DNA from: Octopus sinensis
Lineage: Eukaryota
DNA: 64,000 bases
Reading direction: 5' to 3'
Assembly (NCBI RefSeq): GCF_006345805.1
Contig: NC_043009.1
Coordinates: 40,424,001-40,488,000 of the forward strand
Each line of letters opens with the position of its first letter. The stretch's first letter is position 1. A program made the translations under genes and the position numbers. Of this stretch, positions 25,001-37,929 are shown piece after piece. The notes below the pieces were generated by a model. It searched no databases and was not told the DNA's origin. It worked only from the letters and a program-made list of their open reading frames with translations.

Positions 25001-25431
25001 TAAATGTCACTGACGTTACATACTTAATGTATGTGTTTTGTTTAACCGCTTATAGGCCGCAGTATTTCATCAAGGGAAAGTCCTTTTAAGACGTAGAGTG
25101 TTAACCCCCCCACCCCCGAAAAACTCTGTATATCTCAAAATCAGGCGAAACGAGACTTCCAGGTGATGAACGACAACGACAGATATCAATACTTCGCCTT
25201 TATTTCAGCTCATCGGGGGTCTTATAATCAAGCCAGCTTCGAAACGAATTCAAATCTCTGGTCTGATATATATATTCAAATGGCGTAAAATTTATCTGCT
25301 GATGTGCAACGGCAACTCACATCTTGCATATTAATTTCACGATTGTATGCGTTTTGTTTAAACTGTTCAAGGCTTCGGCATTTCGTCCAAGGAAGCTCCC
25401 TTTAAGACATAGAGTGTTAAAATTCATAAAT

Positions 25432-25470
<39 letters not shown>

Positions 25471-25654
25471 CATGATAGATCGGTAACCACTACACGCATT
25501 TTTTTTCTCTCCTTGTTTCTTTCTGTGTTCCTTTCTGTGGAAGAGCGTAGGCTGGAAACGTAAAATACTTTTTCAATTTCCCGCGTTATACTATACATCT
25601 GTTTGTTTTCTACACACCTGTCTTCGTCTTGTGTATTTTTTTCGTGAATCTCCC

Positions 25655-25686
<32 letters not shown>

Positions 25687-25880
25687 TCATGATAGATCGG
25701 TAACCACTACACACATTTTTTTTCTCTCCTTGTTTCTTTCTGTGTTCCTTTCTGTGGAAGAGCGTAGGCTGGAAACGTAAAATACTTTTTCAATTCCCGA
25801 GCGTTATACTAATACATCTGTTTGTTTTCTACACCACCTGTCTTCGTCTTGTGTTTTTTTTTCGTGAATTCTCCCTACAT
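25471..25880 (+). mobile_element. Tandem pair (period 217 bp) of a (TA)n-flanked Penelope-pseudo-LTR-like unit with a degenerate minimal hammerhead motif
   Basis: Copies start at 25471 and 25688. Each contains tttCTGTGGAagagcgtaggctgGAAACGTAaaa. Confidence 0.55.
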
Positions 25881-26191
25881 ATATATATATATATATAAAC
25901 GTTGATTGTGAATTGACAAGGCTACCAATTGATTCATGTGAAAAGATTCTATAGACTTATTCAAGAGTACGACGTAGCATAGAAGCATTGCTACACGTCT
26001 TCATTTCTCATCCAAAAGAATATTTGTCCACCAATCCGGTGTTGAGCACTCGTTCTTACTGATCTCTATCTGTCTGTCTCTCTCTCCTTCTCTCTCCCCC
26101 TCTCTCTCTCTCTCTCTCTCTCTCTATGTATATATATATATATATACACACACACACAGAGTGAGAGGAATTTTTTGCAAGTTTCAGGTGC

Positions 26192-26263
26192 CTCTCCGGC
26201 GGGAAATCGAACCCCGGTCTCCCGCGTGACAGACGAGTATACTTACCGTTGTACTACTGAGGA
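26192..26263 (-). pseudogene. tRNA-Asp(GTC), probably a pseudogene
   Basis: TCCTCAGTAGTACAACGGTAAGTATACTCGTCTGTCACGCGGGAGACCGGGGTTCGATTTCCCGCCGGAGAG folds as a 72-nt cloverleaf with a GTC anticodon. It has two acceptor-stem mismatches, two G-U pairs in the anticodon stem, C61>T, and no oligo-T terminator. Confidence 0.85.
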
Positions 26264-26384
26264 AAATAGAGGGGAAGCACCTTGCTGAAACCTGGACACT
26301 ACTTTATGTTCCCAAAATATCTAGTTTAATCAGGTCATACAACCAAGTTCGAACAGTATCACTCCGTTTAGTGGCTCTGGCTGC

Positions 26385-26570
26385 CCGTCGGCTACTACGA
26401 CGAGTGTTTCAGCTGATCCAATCAACGGAACAACCTGCTCGTGAAATTAATGTGCAAGTGGCTGAGTACTCCACAGACACGCATATTCTTAACCTTGTTC
26501 TCATGGACATTCAGCCTGACAAGGCCGGCTCATTGAAATACAGGTACAACTCACGTTTGGGGGGATTCGA
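26385..26570 (-). mobile_element. SINE 3' tail (shared by families C and D)
   Basis: caacggaacaacctgctcgtgaaattaatgtgcaagtggctgagtactccacagacac, as at 49800-49915. Confidence 0.7.
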
Positions 26571-26678
26571 ATTCCTACGATCGGGAAACAACTACCCTTG
26601 CCACTAGGCGACGCGCCTTCTATCTAATTGGAGTTAATTAAATGGCTTGAATAAATTACTTAATTAAATAAATTGAAT

Positions 26679-26882
26679 AGGTGTAGGTTTGGCTGTGTGG
26701 TAAGTAGATTACTTACCAACCACATGGTTCCGGTTTCAGTCGCACTGCGGGGCACCTTAGGCAGGTGTCTTCTTCTATAGCCCCGAGCCGACCAAAGCTT
26801 TATGAGTGGACTTGATAGACGGAAACTGAAAGAAACCCGTCGTATGTATATATACATATGTGTGTGCGTGTGTGTGTGTGCA

Positions 26883-26930
<48 letters not shown>

Positions 26931-27505
26931 GTGTGTGTGTGTGTGTGTGTGTTTGTCCCCCAAACATCGCTTGACAACCGACGCTGATGTGTTTACGTCT
27001 CCGAAACCAACGGTTTGGCAATAGTGACCGATAGAATAACTACTAGACTTACAAAGAATGAGTGCTGGGACCGATTCGCTCGACTGAAGACGGTTCTCCA
27101 GCATGGCCGCAGTCAAATGACTGAAACAAATAAAAGAATAAAAAGAATAAAAGAAAATTCATGAAAGCGAATCAAGTATAATGTGCCCAACCCAGCACTT
27201 GAAATATAAACATAAAGATTCACCCCAGACTTGCTTCATTAGTAAATTTCCTTAGCAGAACATTCTGTTTTTTTATAAAACATTCTATTATTAAGGCGGC
27301 GAGCTTGGCAGAAACGTTAGCTCGCCGGGCGAAATACTGGTATTTCATCTGTCTTTACGTTCTGAGTTCAAATTCCGCTGAAGTCGACTTTATCTTTCAT
27401 CCTTTCGGAGTCGATAAAGTAAGTACCGGTAGCGTGCTGGGTCCGATCTAATCGATTGGCCCCCCTCCCCCAAAATTTCGAGCGTTATGCCTACAGTAGA
27501 AAAGA
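26679..27505 (+). mobile_element. Full SINE A (26679-27153) and SINE B monomer (27294-27505)
   Basis: Similar to families A and B. Confidence 0.85.
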
Positions 27506-28419
27506 AATATATTCTATTATAAAATCGCGAGTTATGTTAAGGTCGTATGATTCTAATATTGGAATTGGATTTTTTTTTATGCTCATATTTTACTTGTCTC
27601 AGTCATAGGACTGCGACCATATTGGGGCGCCACCACTGCAGCGATCATACAGAGCTTTCCAGTACTTATTTTAAGCTCTGGTGCTGGTTCAGTCGGTTTA
27701 TTTTACAGAACAGTTAAGTTACGAAGATGTAAACAAACCAACACCGATTGCAAAATGGTGGAGCACAAATACAAACACAAAGACGCGCGTGCACGCACAC
27801 AAGCACTGACACTCACGACAGGCTTCTCCGCAGTTTCCACCTACGAAATTCACACACAAGCATTGATCTACCCGGTATAGGTACCAGACTAAAATTAAGT
27901 ACTAGGTCCCACTTGTTCGGCTGAACCCTTCAAGGTGGTCACTCAGCATAGCCACAATCCAACAACTGCTACAAGTAAATGATATTGCCAAACTGTTTCC
28001 TTCCTTAGATATGTGTACATGTGTATGCCGATTTAAAGCGAGTTAGGCCTCTATGTGGTCATCCATGTTACTAAAAATTGCAGTTACTAAAAATTGCAGT
28101 AGTCTCACCCTACTATTAGACGCTTAGCTGCCACTCGTAAGCGAATATGGCCGGGCAGTTTGTAAAACTGTGCCTATGTAGTCGAAAACAGACACAGATA
28201 ACCTCTTGACCCTCTCACTCTCGATCCAGCAGAACATTCGAATATATCATTCGGATGAAGAGAAAGCGGCACTTATACTATACGAGCAAAACACCCCCTG
28301 TCCAATGGACGGTGCTGAACTGTCAAACATTTAAACCAAATTTTCTCAAAACAACTTGTCCAACCGTCCCATAGGCCTCCCCTTTGAGAAACACTGATTT
28401 AACCTAAATTTGAGACACC

Positions 28420-28670
28420 AGCAAAAGAAGAAATAAAGATAGATTTTTTTCTATTCCAAGAAAAACTATTTTAAAAATGCACGTTCCCACGGCTTTATCG
28501 ATCGCGTTCTCACCTGGAATCGATTTTTGTAATTTTTTCAAGACTTATACACGCCCTGATACAGTCGCTATCTACATATCAAATTTGAGCGCAATCGGAT
28601 GGAGGATGCCCGAGATCCTAGAAGACACACACAACACACACACAGACAGAACGAATTTTATATAATAGAC
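28420..28670 (-). mobile_element. Non-autonomous Helitron/Helentron-like 5' fragment
   Basis: Minus strand begins tctattatataaaattcgttctgtctgtgtg. Internal caaatttgagcgcaatcggat motif. No 3' CTAG hairpin seen. Confidence 0.35.
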
Positions 28671-31487
28671 TAGGTGCTCAATCTATTTGACTGGAAAACG
28701 TGAAATGTAACTTGTTCGGGAACACAACGCGCAAATTAATACAGAAACTGAAACTATGACCACATTATTACGAGTCCAACGCCGTAAGCACTAGGCTATG
28801 CACTTTAGATTCACGAAACCAAAAATGAAAGATAACATCTTCATGTATGTGATTCTTTTGATCATAGGTTTTCTCAGTCAGGTCTGACCTTGGGATAAAC
28901 AATAAATTGTACAAACGTACCTCATCAAAAGCTATTATTTATATTTTCCTCTAACGACTAGAAATAGTTGCCTTATTATTGTAGGAACAGAAATATCAGT
29001 AACTGCATGTATTTGATGTTTTTGCCAATAATCAAATGACATCGTTGGATATGTGGATTTCGATGGGTTCTCCGTCGTTTCGACACAAAACACTCAGTTG
29101 TTTGATCAGTTGATCTAACCGCTGGTTAAATGGTAAATGGAAGATAATCCACAGACACATCTGCTCTTAAAGCGACGGAATATGTAACAAGGTTAGACAG
29201 TAGATTTATTGGTATACCCCATCCCCCAGGCTTCCACATAGTTTCTGTTAATTCTAATCTCATTCACAAACACTGAATCAACCCGAAGTTATAGTAAAAA
29301 ACTCTTTTCCCAAGATACCATTCAGTGGGATAGAACCGATGATTTTCTAACGGCGGACGGACTATTTTTCACCACTTGGTCATCGTCTGCGCCCAGACTG
29401 AGGCGTGTTGTGAGCCCAAGGATTGAAATGGCTGGAGCTATGGAAAAAGAAAGGTTTTCCTATGGTGTTTCCTAAGATTGAAACGGTCGGTTTCCCTTTT
29501 CTCCAAATGGGACGCCTGTTTGTCTCAGGGTTAACTTCCCAGATATTACTGGGTTTATTTGCTGCTGAGCAAATTTGCAGCAACATGAAATGAAATGTTT
29601 TTTGTCCAAGAGCACAACTACTTATGGTGCAGAAATCGAAACTACTATCTTTCGGTCATGAGTGCAACACTCTGTCCACTAAGCCATGCGCCTTCACTTG
29701 TATCTATAAATGGATTAGAATTATTTAGTATGTTTGAAGAGACCTGGCAGTTTTTATCGAACAATTTATAAATAACTTAATGTCGTTTAGAAATAGGAAT
29801 AATTAGGTTACGTTGCTTCTTTGCTTCGAGATTTCGGACGAGCGTCTAGCAGATAAACAACATCAGATAAGCATGATATAGAGTTGATATGGGAGTAAAA
29901 TTACAGAAACGTTTCCTTGGCTAATCGTTATATTTTGAAAACTAATGACGAAAGGAAATTGAATTATTGAAACTACGGTAATAAGAAAATTATTGATGCA
30001 TTATCAGACAATACACTTGAGGAATAGAACAGTTGCTTAATATAGCAACCTACGTGTCTTTTTAAATATTTGTATAATTTTATTCAGTGACTTTCTCTAG
30101 GTCAAATTTAAACCTAATCACGACGCGGACAAATGCATTCTACTTCAGGTCTTTTTAAGTTCAGAATAGTTGTAGCAAGTGCTTCAGCGAAAAATAGAAT
30201 AAAATACAGAATATAATATAAAAGTTAAATCATTCTTTCGCTAACTGCGTAAGTATTTGCTCATATAACATCACGGCAAGTGGCTTAAAACATTTGTTTA
30301 ATCCCTGTAGTGCTGACATTTCTGTAAGTATATGAATTTCATATATTTTTGCTGAGTAACTTGATATTTCCTGCGGAGTGGTATCCTAAGTAAAATGCGA
30401 GCAGCCCTGATGTAATTTCTGAAAAATACTAGAATGCAATATTCCTAATAATAAATATTAAAAAAAGGGGGGAATATTATGATCATGCCACACTACTGTA
30501 ACAAGAGCTGACTCATAAATAATAAGTCAATTGAATGGCTAAAGAACTACTGTTTAAAAGACTTCATGTCTGCGCATTGGGATGCAGCATTCAATAACAT
30601 AGATAAACTGGAGACATGTGATCAGTCGTTCTATTATAGATACAATAATTAGTTATAATAGTATCCACAGCTCCACCATGGTTCCACCAATGGATGAATG
30701 AATTACAGTAAACAAATGTTTACTTATAAAATTTCTCGTAAGTCAAGTTGTCGTTTCTTCTCGACTAAATTAGAAATAAATGTAAACAGTTGTAGTCAAA
30801 GATTATTCTTGTAGTTATTCATTAAGCATGATTGAGCAGTCTTGTGATCAAAGGTATTTCATCCATTTATTGAGACATAGTGTATTAAAGAAGATAGCAT
30901 TTTGTGTTTTCTTGTTCTTCATACAAGACAATAAGGTGTGGCTGATGAATCGTAGTGGTTGCATGCGTCAGCATGGTTTCATCCTGTAACTTGATCTACG
31001 CAGAGAAATATAAATAGTTATATAAATAATATACATAATTCGTTATGGGAAAACAGACTCTTTAAATATATGTGCGCAAGTTTGTAGGTATGTATATGAG
31101 GGCGCGTGACTAAATGTTAAGAGGATTGTAGCCACGATCGCCAGATTGCAGTTTCGATTTTCGAATTGGGTGGTGTGTTCTGGTCTTCAGAAAAACACAT
31201 AGGCTCACGTTGTTCTACTCATTTCGACATCAGCTATATGGCACACCCGCACCATCATAGGCAATATCGATTTCATGCCGAGAGTGATCGCTGTGCAGGT
31301 TGTTTAGCAAGAAATTTCAGAACTCTCATTTGTCCTCAACGACAGATGAGTTCCATGTGTGTGTGTGTGTGGGGGGATGTATTGGTGCATCCACACACAC
31401 AAACATTCAAGCGTACGCACACACACACACACACGCATATATATGTATGTATATATATACATACATACATACATACATACATACATT

Positions 31488-32252
31488 GGCGCAGGAGTGG
31501 CTGTATGATAAGTAGCTTGCTTACCAACAACATGGTTCCGGATTCAGTCCCACTGCGTGGCACCTTGGGTAAGTGTCTTCTACTATAGCCTCGGGCCGAC
31601 CAAAGCCTTGTGAGTGGATTTGGTAGACGAAAGCTAAAAGAAGCCCGTCGTATATATGTGTGTATATATATATTTGTGTGTGTGTTTGTGTGTCTGTGTT
31701 TGTCCCCCAACATTGCCTGACAACCGATGCTACTGTGTTTGCGTCCCCGTAACTTAGCGGTTCGGCAAAAGAGACCGATAGATTAAGTACTGGGCTTACA
31801 AAAGAATAAGTTCCGGGGTCGAGTTGCTCGATTAAAGGCGGTGCTCCAGCATGGCCGCAGTCAAATGACTGAAACAAGTAAAAGAGTAAAAGAGTATACA
31901 TACATACATACATACATAGGCGCAGGAGTGGCTGTATGATAAGTAGCTTGCTTACCAGCCACATGGTTCCGGATTCAGTCCCACTGCATGGCACCTTGGG
32001 CAAGTGTCTTCTACTATAGCCTCGAGCCGAATAAAGCCTTGTGAGTGGATTTGGTAGACGAAAACTAAAAGAAGCCCGTCGTATATATGTATGTGTGTGT
32101 ATATATATATTTGTGTGTCTGTGTTTGTTCCCCAACAATGCCTGACAACCGATGCTGGTGTGTTTGCGTCCCCGTAACTTAGCGGTTCGGCAAAAGAGAC
32201 CGATAGATTAAGTACTAGGCTTACAAAGAATAAGTTCTGGGGTCGATTTGCT
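31488..32252 (+). mobile_element. Head-to-tail pair of SINE A copies (31488-31894, 31919-32252)
   Basis: Both share private variants. The second is cut off at the mariner junction. Confidence 0.9.
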
Positions 32253-32570
32253 GTTGACACCGGCTTATGCTTATTGACCGATCCCCATATACTGCATTAA
32301 TATTCCTCGCACTTTCCATTGCGTTGTTGCCTTTATTGAACTCATAAAGCAAACTATGCCGAATATGCTCCTTTTTCACTTCCATTAAATCTTTGAAAAG
32401 AATAACTGTTAAATCGAACTGCACTCTTCAAAACTTACACTAAGAATAAGGACAAAGTAAAATTACTACCTGCTTTTATAGCAAATTGATGCAGCTAGTT
32501 TCTCCCGTTCCTTTCCGGCTTTTAGCTCATGCAATTGAAAAAATGCCGCATTATTTACAGGATGACCCAA
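32253..32570 (-). mobile_element. mariner transposon 5' fragment (TIR plus transposase N-terminus)
   Basis: TIR ttgggtcatcctgtaaataatgcggc preceded by TA. ORF MEVKKEHIRHSLLYEFNKGNNAMESARNINAVYGDRSISISRCQ matches the mariner N-terminal HTH pattern. Confidence 0.85.
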
Positions 32571-32631
32571 TATATATATCTATATGTGTGTATTTATATA
32601 TATATATGACCCAATATATATGTGTGTGTGT

Positions 32632-32662
<31 letters not shown>

Positions 32663-32935
32663 GTGCGTGTGTGCGTGTGTGCGTGTGTGCGTGCGTGTGT
32701 GTGTGTGTTTGTGCGTGTGTCTGTATACACACATTTTTGATTGAAAAATTTGGAGTCAACAAGATGGTGTACGGTTGGAAATTTATTTTTTAATTACTAC
32801 AATTGTTTCCGCGCAACACAGTTCTCTACTACTGGATAGTACAGGTTAAATCTGAAGGTGGACGAGCTTTATTCTGTACTCTACTACGTAACAGAATATG
32901 CCACAACTATATACATACATACATACATACATACA

Positions 32936-32969
<34 letters not shown>

Positions 32970-32983
32970 CATATATACATATA

Positions 32984-33020
<37 letters not shown>

Positions 33021-33365
33021 TATATACGCATATATATGCGCATATATATACGCATATATATGCATATATATATACATATATATTAAAGATATATATAGAG
33101 AGTGAGAGAATGAAAGAGAGCGAGAGAAAGAGAAAGACTCACGAACGTGTTTATCGTATCAAAAATTGCCAGGCTAGGCTGAGTTTTACCACGATCTAGT
33201 CTGCCCACGATTATCATGCATAGCCCAGCCTCATGTGAGACTCAAAGCAGACTGTCAATTTCTTTATGTAATAAACATATTTATCCACTCTACATATGTT
33301 ATAACTCTGGTTAAGAGGATATGCCTCTTTATATATCTGTGTGTGTGTGTATGTACGTATGTAAG

Positions 33366-33398
<33 letters not shown>

Positions 33399-33430
33399 AT
33401 ATATATATATATGTGTATGTTTGTATATAT

Positions 33431-33484
<54 letters not shown>

Positions 33485-33923
33485 TGATATATATATATAT
33501 GCATGATATGTATGGACGCTTTTCTTCAGTAGGTTTTCTTCTGGTATATGAGTTATTGTGCTTTTCATATCTGGAATGCTAGTCTGTTTAAAATTCTTCC
33601 GTAGCAGTATTGACAAAAGAAGTGTTTATCAAATTGTGTGCAGAAGCTTTTAACTATATTAGTTTTTACAGTTAATGAGAACGTAGTGTGAAGCCAGATC
33701 TTAATAAGAGGTCTATGAAAGAAATTAGCAATATTTGCGCTCATAGTATTAATTAAAATTCTCAAACTTTACATGTGATTTAGCGTTTACACATTTTAAA
33801 CACATATTGGACTTGTAGTGGGGTTCATAAATATTATGCATAAACTACGGGCATTTAAGAACAAAAGTTTGTATCTGGATTTCAGATGACGATGATATAC
33901 AGGGGGTGGTTGATTGTTCTTGT

Positions 33924-34450
33924 TTAGTTTCCCATGGTTTTCGTATTGCTAGTTATTGTGGGTGCAGTATACTCAGACCAACTGATATCCTTTATCCACG
34001 ACTCACCAGACTTAACAAATTTCCATATTTGCCCATCATCGCGCAAGCTAAAGCTTTCCTGTGGCACAGCATTGCGATTTAGGGAAGCTACAGATCTTAG
34101 TTTTGGGCGTACATCAGGTTGTAGGCCAGGACGTGTCCGAAAGGTAATTCTGTTTTCGTGCCGAGCCCTATCAGTGGCTAGATGGTATGCCTGCACCTCA
34201 GTAGAGTTCGAAAACAACAGCCTAATCAATCTGGGTTTGGATCCTGGTCGGCCAAGGTGGAAAGCACTTTTTGGAGGAACATAGCTTAGGTCCTTGGATG
34301 TGTTGCCAGTAAATGCCTGTAGATCTACCACGTCGATCGAAATGAAGGATAATATAAAGGACATTCGCTACATTTGGGTTGGTTATTAATGATTATTTTT
34401 ACGTTCAGCAAATTCAAGGTGCTGATAAAGTCCCTTTTAAATTTAGCATA
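33924..34450 (-). mobile_element. LINE ORF1p remnant (CR1/L2-like)
   Basis: EFAERKNN upstream, then ...AFHLGRPGSKPRLIRLLFSN...ITFRTRPGLQPDVRPKLRSVASLNRNA..QESFSLRDDGQIWKF. This follows the ER.RR.NN / RLG....KPRP...F / I..DL...R pattern of ORF1p. Confidence 0.55.
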
Positions 34451-34858
34451 TGCCCATGTCTACACAAAACTATGTTGGAACTATTGAATCAACTTTTCGA
34501 AACGTCGTATATGTGTGGACCGATGCAATCACATATCTCTGCGCTTATATCCGACCCCATACTTAACATCGAATAAGCATATGACGACTGTTATTTTATC
34601 CATACTGTGACCTAATCGGAAAGTAAAGTTTTGGCACATATGATGATCGCTAAGTCAATGTAATCTATAACGCTGTATCTTTATTAAATAGTGAACGGAT
34701 ATGGACGGTAGAAATTAGAAATATCGAATAATGATTATAGAACTCCGTTCATCACGAATGTTGTTAAACCTCTCGATTACTATGTTGATATTGGTTCAAT
34801 GCTATAGACTAATTTCTCTCTTAAATTTATCATTAATTTTATGTAAAGTGTATTTCAG

Positions 34859-35021
34859 ATGATGTCAATTATGTACAACAGAAAAAAAAACAATAATATT
34901 GGAAAACTTGAAAATTTGATGTCATTGTTCAAGGAATACTGTGGAAGCACAGTCTGGCTCTTTACAAAATTGATAAGCTTGAAAAGGAAAACCAGCAATC
35001 GGCATTGATAACCTGTCTACA
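34859..35021 (+). pseudogene. Exon-like segment of the putative DED-like gene (one frameshift)
   Basis: Acceptor tatttcAG and donor ACA|GTAAGT. MMSIMYNRKKNNNIGKLENLMSLFKEYCG continues as KHSLALYKIDKLEKENQQSALITCL if one A is restored near 34944-34948. Confidence 0.4.
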
Positions 35022-35431
35022 GTAAGTAGAGGCTTCATCTAGTGGTTGATCAAAAACGTCAGAGTGCAATGGAATATTTATGTTCTGTGTTTAGATACCA
35101 CTAAGATCAACTTTGCTCTTTACCCACCGACAAAATAATGTACCAGCCAAATACTAGGATCGATTAAATCAGCTATACACAATTACAAACAAGCAAAGCA
35201 TACACACGCTCACACATATACATACAAACATATGCGAACATACACGCTTTAGCCCTTGTATCAATGTTAGAAACCAATATGAAGACTCTACTAGAATGGA
35301 CGAAAGCGCTAATATATGACATATGATGTATAAAAACATATAACATACAAATAAATATCTGTAGATATAAAACCATCCGAATTTCTGAGTTCCTCATTTC
35401 TTCTAATATAAAATACCATCATCTCCAAACC

Positions 35432-35459
<28 letters not shown>

Positions 35460-35481
<22 letters not shown>

Positions 35482-35527
35482 AAGAGAGACAGACAGACAG
35501 ATAGATAGATAGATAGATAGATAGATC

Positions 35528-35600
<73 letters not shown>
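35460..35600. repeat. (GA)n-(GACA)n-(GATA)n microsatellite; similar GATA/TATC arrays at 46880-47240 and 56400-56680
   Basis: Direct reading. Confidence 0.95.
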
Positions 35601-37065
35601 TTATGTATATGCATGTGTATATGTATATATGAGCGCATGTGTAAGTCATGAAACGTTAGACCATTTTTTAAATAGAAGTGTGGACTGCACTCAGAACGTG
35701 CCAATTCCCTTTATGTTCTTTGAAAAGCTTATTCTATATCAAGAGAAAATCTAACTATGAAAAAAAAAAAAATTGCAAAATCTTGTAATAACTCGAGTTG
35801 GAGAACCTGAAATATAATACCTTGATTAATTAGTTGTTATCTGTGTAATAGGTGCAGGACAATTGAATACAGAGTGTAACGGAGTTCAAAAGAAAATCTG
35901 GAGCAATAGTTTACCATGTACTAACACACTTCAGCACTAGTTCAGTTAATTGGCCCCAGATGTACTGCAATGATGTAGATGCTGTAGATACGCAAACAAA
36001 TGCTTGTGCAGATAAATATATCAAAAAAAGAATGTGATCGTGTTTCTCCACGCCATCTTTTCAAACCCTGACCCTCCCCCCCCCCATTCATTCCTGTACG
36101 CTCTTTCTTTGTTTTCTATATTCTCCATCTCCATTTATCTATCTGTTGTTATATATCAAACTTCCTTTGCTCCTCTTCTGTGCACACCCAAACACACACA
36201 CACACACATGTATACAAACATACACACGCACACACACACACTCACAGAGGATCTCCGCCCCCTTTCTCTCTCTCGCCCTCTCTCTTCCCGCGCTTTAGAT
36301 ATTTGTTACGTTACGTCTTCATCTCACAACATTGCTGACTTTGATGGATTCATTGCCCTCTTTCTCTTGCATTTCATACAATATTTTCTACTCACTACGC
36401 GTACTACTCTACCTTTAGATTCTCCCTCTCTTCCATTCAAAATATTTCTACTAGCACATACAGATGTAATAGTTAAGATATAGTTCGCATATCTCAGACA
36501 GTGCTGATATTATACACCCAAAAGACGGTGTTTAAAATTCAGGAGAAATCCGTCCAACTCAATGGTAAAGACTCGATCATTAAGATACTTGGTCCACTTG
36601 CTCGCATCTACTTGTACTGAGGCTTCTCTACATTTCTTCTAACACTAAAAGAACTACCACTGCTCCTCTGATTTAGATATTTGGATACGTCCTCTCTCGG
36701 GACCAACGGAATCATACATACACACACACACATTTCTCCTCGACATTTTTTCTGTTCTTCCGTGTTAACAAGAGAGCCCCCACTTCAATTATTTTCTTGC
36801 TAATGAGAGAAGCTCCCTCTTCCTTTCCGAGCTTAGGAAAATGTTCCCTTACCCAGTTCTTTCTGAGCTAACGAAGGAGACCCCCACTCCTGTCGGAGCT
36901 AAAGAGGAAGTTTCTTAGACAGACCTATCGAGAAGCACACCCACCATTCTGTCCTTTCGGAACTAATGAAGGAACCTCAACATAGTCATTCAACTTGGTA
37001 TGAACAATAGCCAAATACACAGCAAAATCATACTCATCAAACATTAAAATGTCGTACTTATTTCT

Positions 37066-37929
37066 TATTTCTTTTTTTGCCCACAAGAGGCTAAACATAG
37101 AGGGGACAAACAAGGACAAACAAAAGGATGAAAGGCAAAGTCGACCTCGGCGGAATTTGAACTCAGAACGTAGCGGCAGACGAAATAACTATTTCTTTAC
37201 TACCCACAAGGAGCTAAACACAGAGGGGACAAACAAGGACAGACAAACGGATTAAGTTGATTATATCGACCCCAGTGCGTAGCTGGTACTTATTTAATCG
37301 ACCCCGAAAGGATGAAAGGCAAAGTCGACCTCGGCGGAATTTGAACTCAGAACGCAAAGACAGATGAAATGCCGCTAAGCATTTCGCCCGGCGTGCTAAC
37401 GTTTCTGCTAACTCTCCGCCTTGTTAAAATGTCATACCTGTACATAAAAATATAGACATAATTATCTCATGGAACGCTTTTAGTTACTCCTAAGCCTATT
37501 CGATCACGGGTAATCCCGAGACTAAACAACAATAACCCGACCCTTCCTCCCCGTAACTACAATCTTCTGGAATTCCATCCCAAACCATGTAGCATTTTCA
37601 TTCAGACTACAGATGATGAGAACAAACATTAACTCCATCAAACTTATCAATCTGCGAAGACTACAACAGTTGTGAGTTATTTCCTCTTGTCTGTTAACAA
37701 ACGTGCAGAAATAATTATTTCAAATTTTTGCCACAAGGGCAGCTTGGGCGAGGTGGGGATTTGTCGATTACATCGACCTCAGTATTCTACTGGTACTTGT
37801 TTTATCAACCCCGAAAGAATGAAAGGCAAACTCGACCACGGCGGAATTTGAACTCAGAAGGTAGTGACGGGCGAAATGCCGCTACGCATTTCGTCCAGCG
37901 TGCTAACGATTCTGCCAGCTCGCCGCCTT
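37066..37929 (-). mobile_element. SINE B multimer (37066-37422) and monomer (37720-37929)
   Basis: Similar to family B. Confidence 0.85.

Noticed and set aside
28097-28396. Second hAT MITE (cagtagtctc / cagtgtttctc ends)
   Set aside because: Poor TIR match and no TSD; only the right end looks hAT-like.
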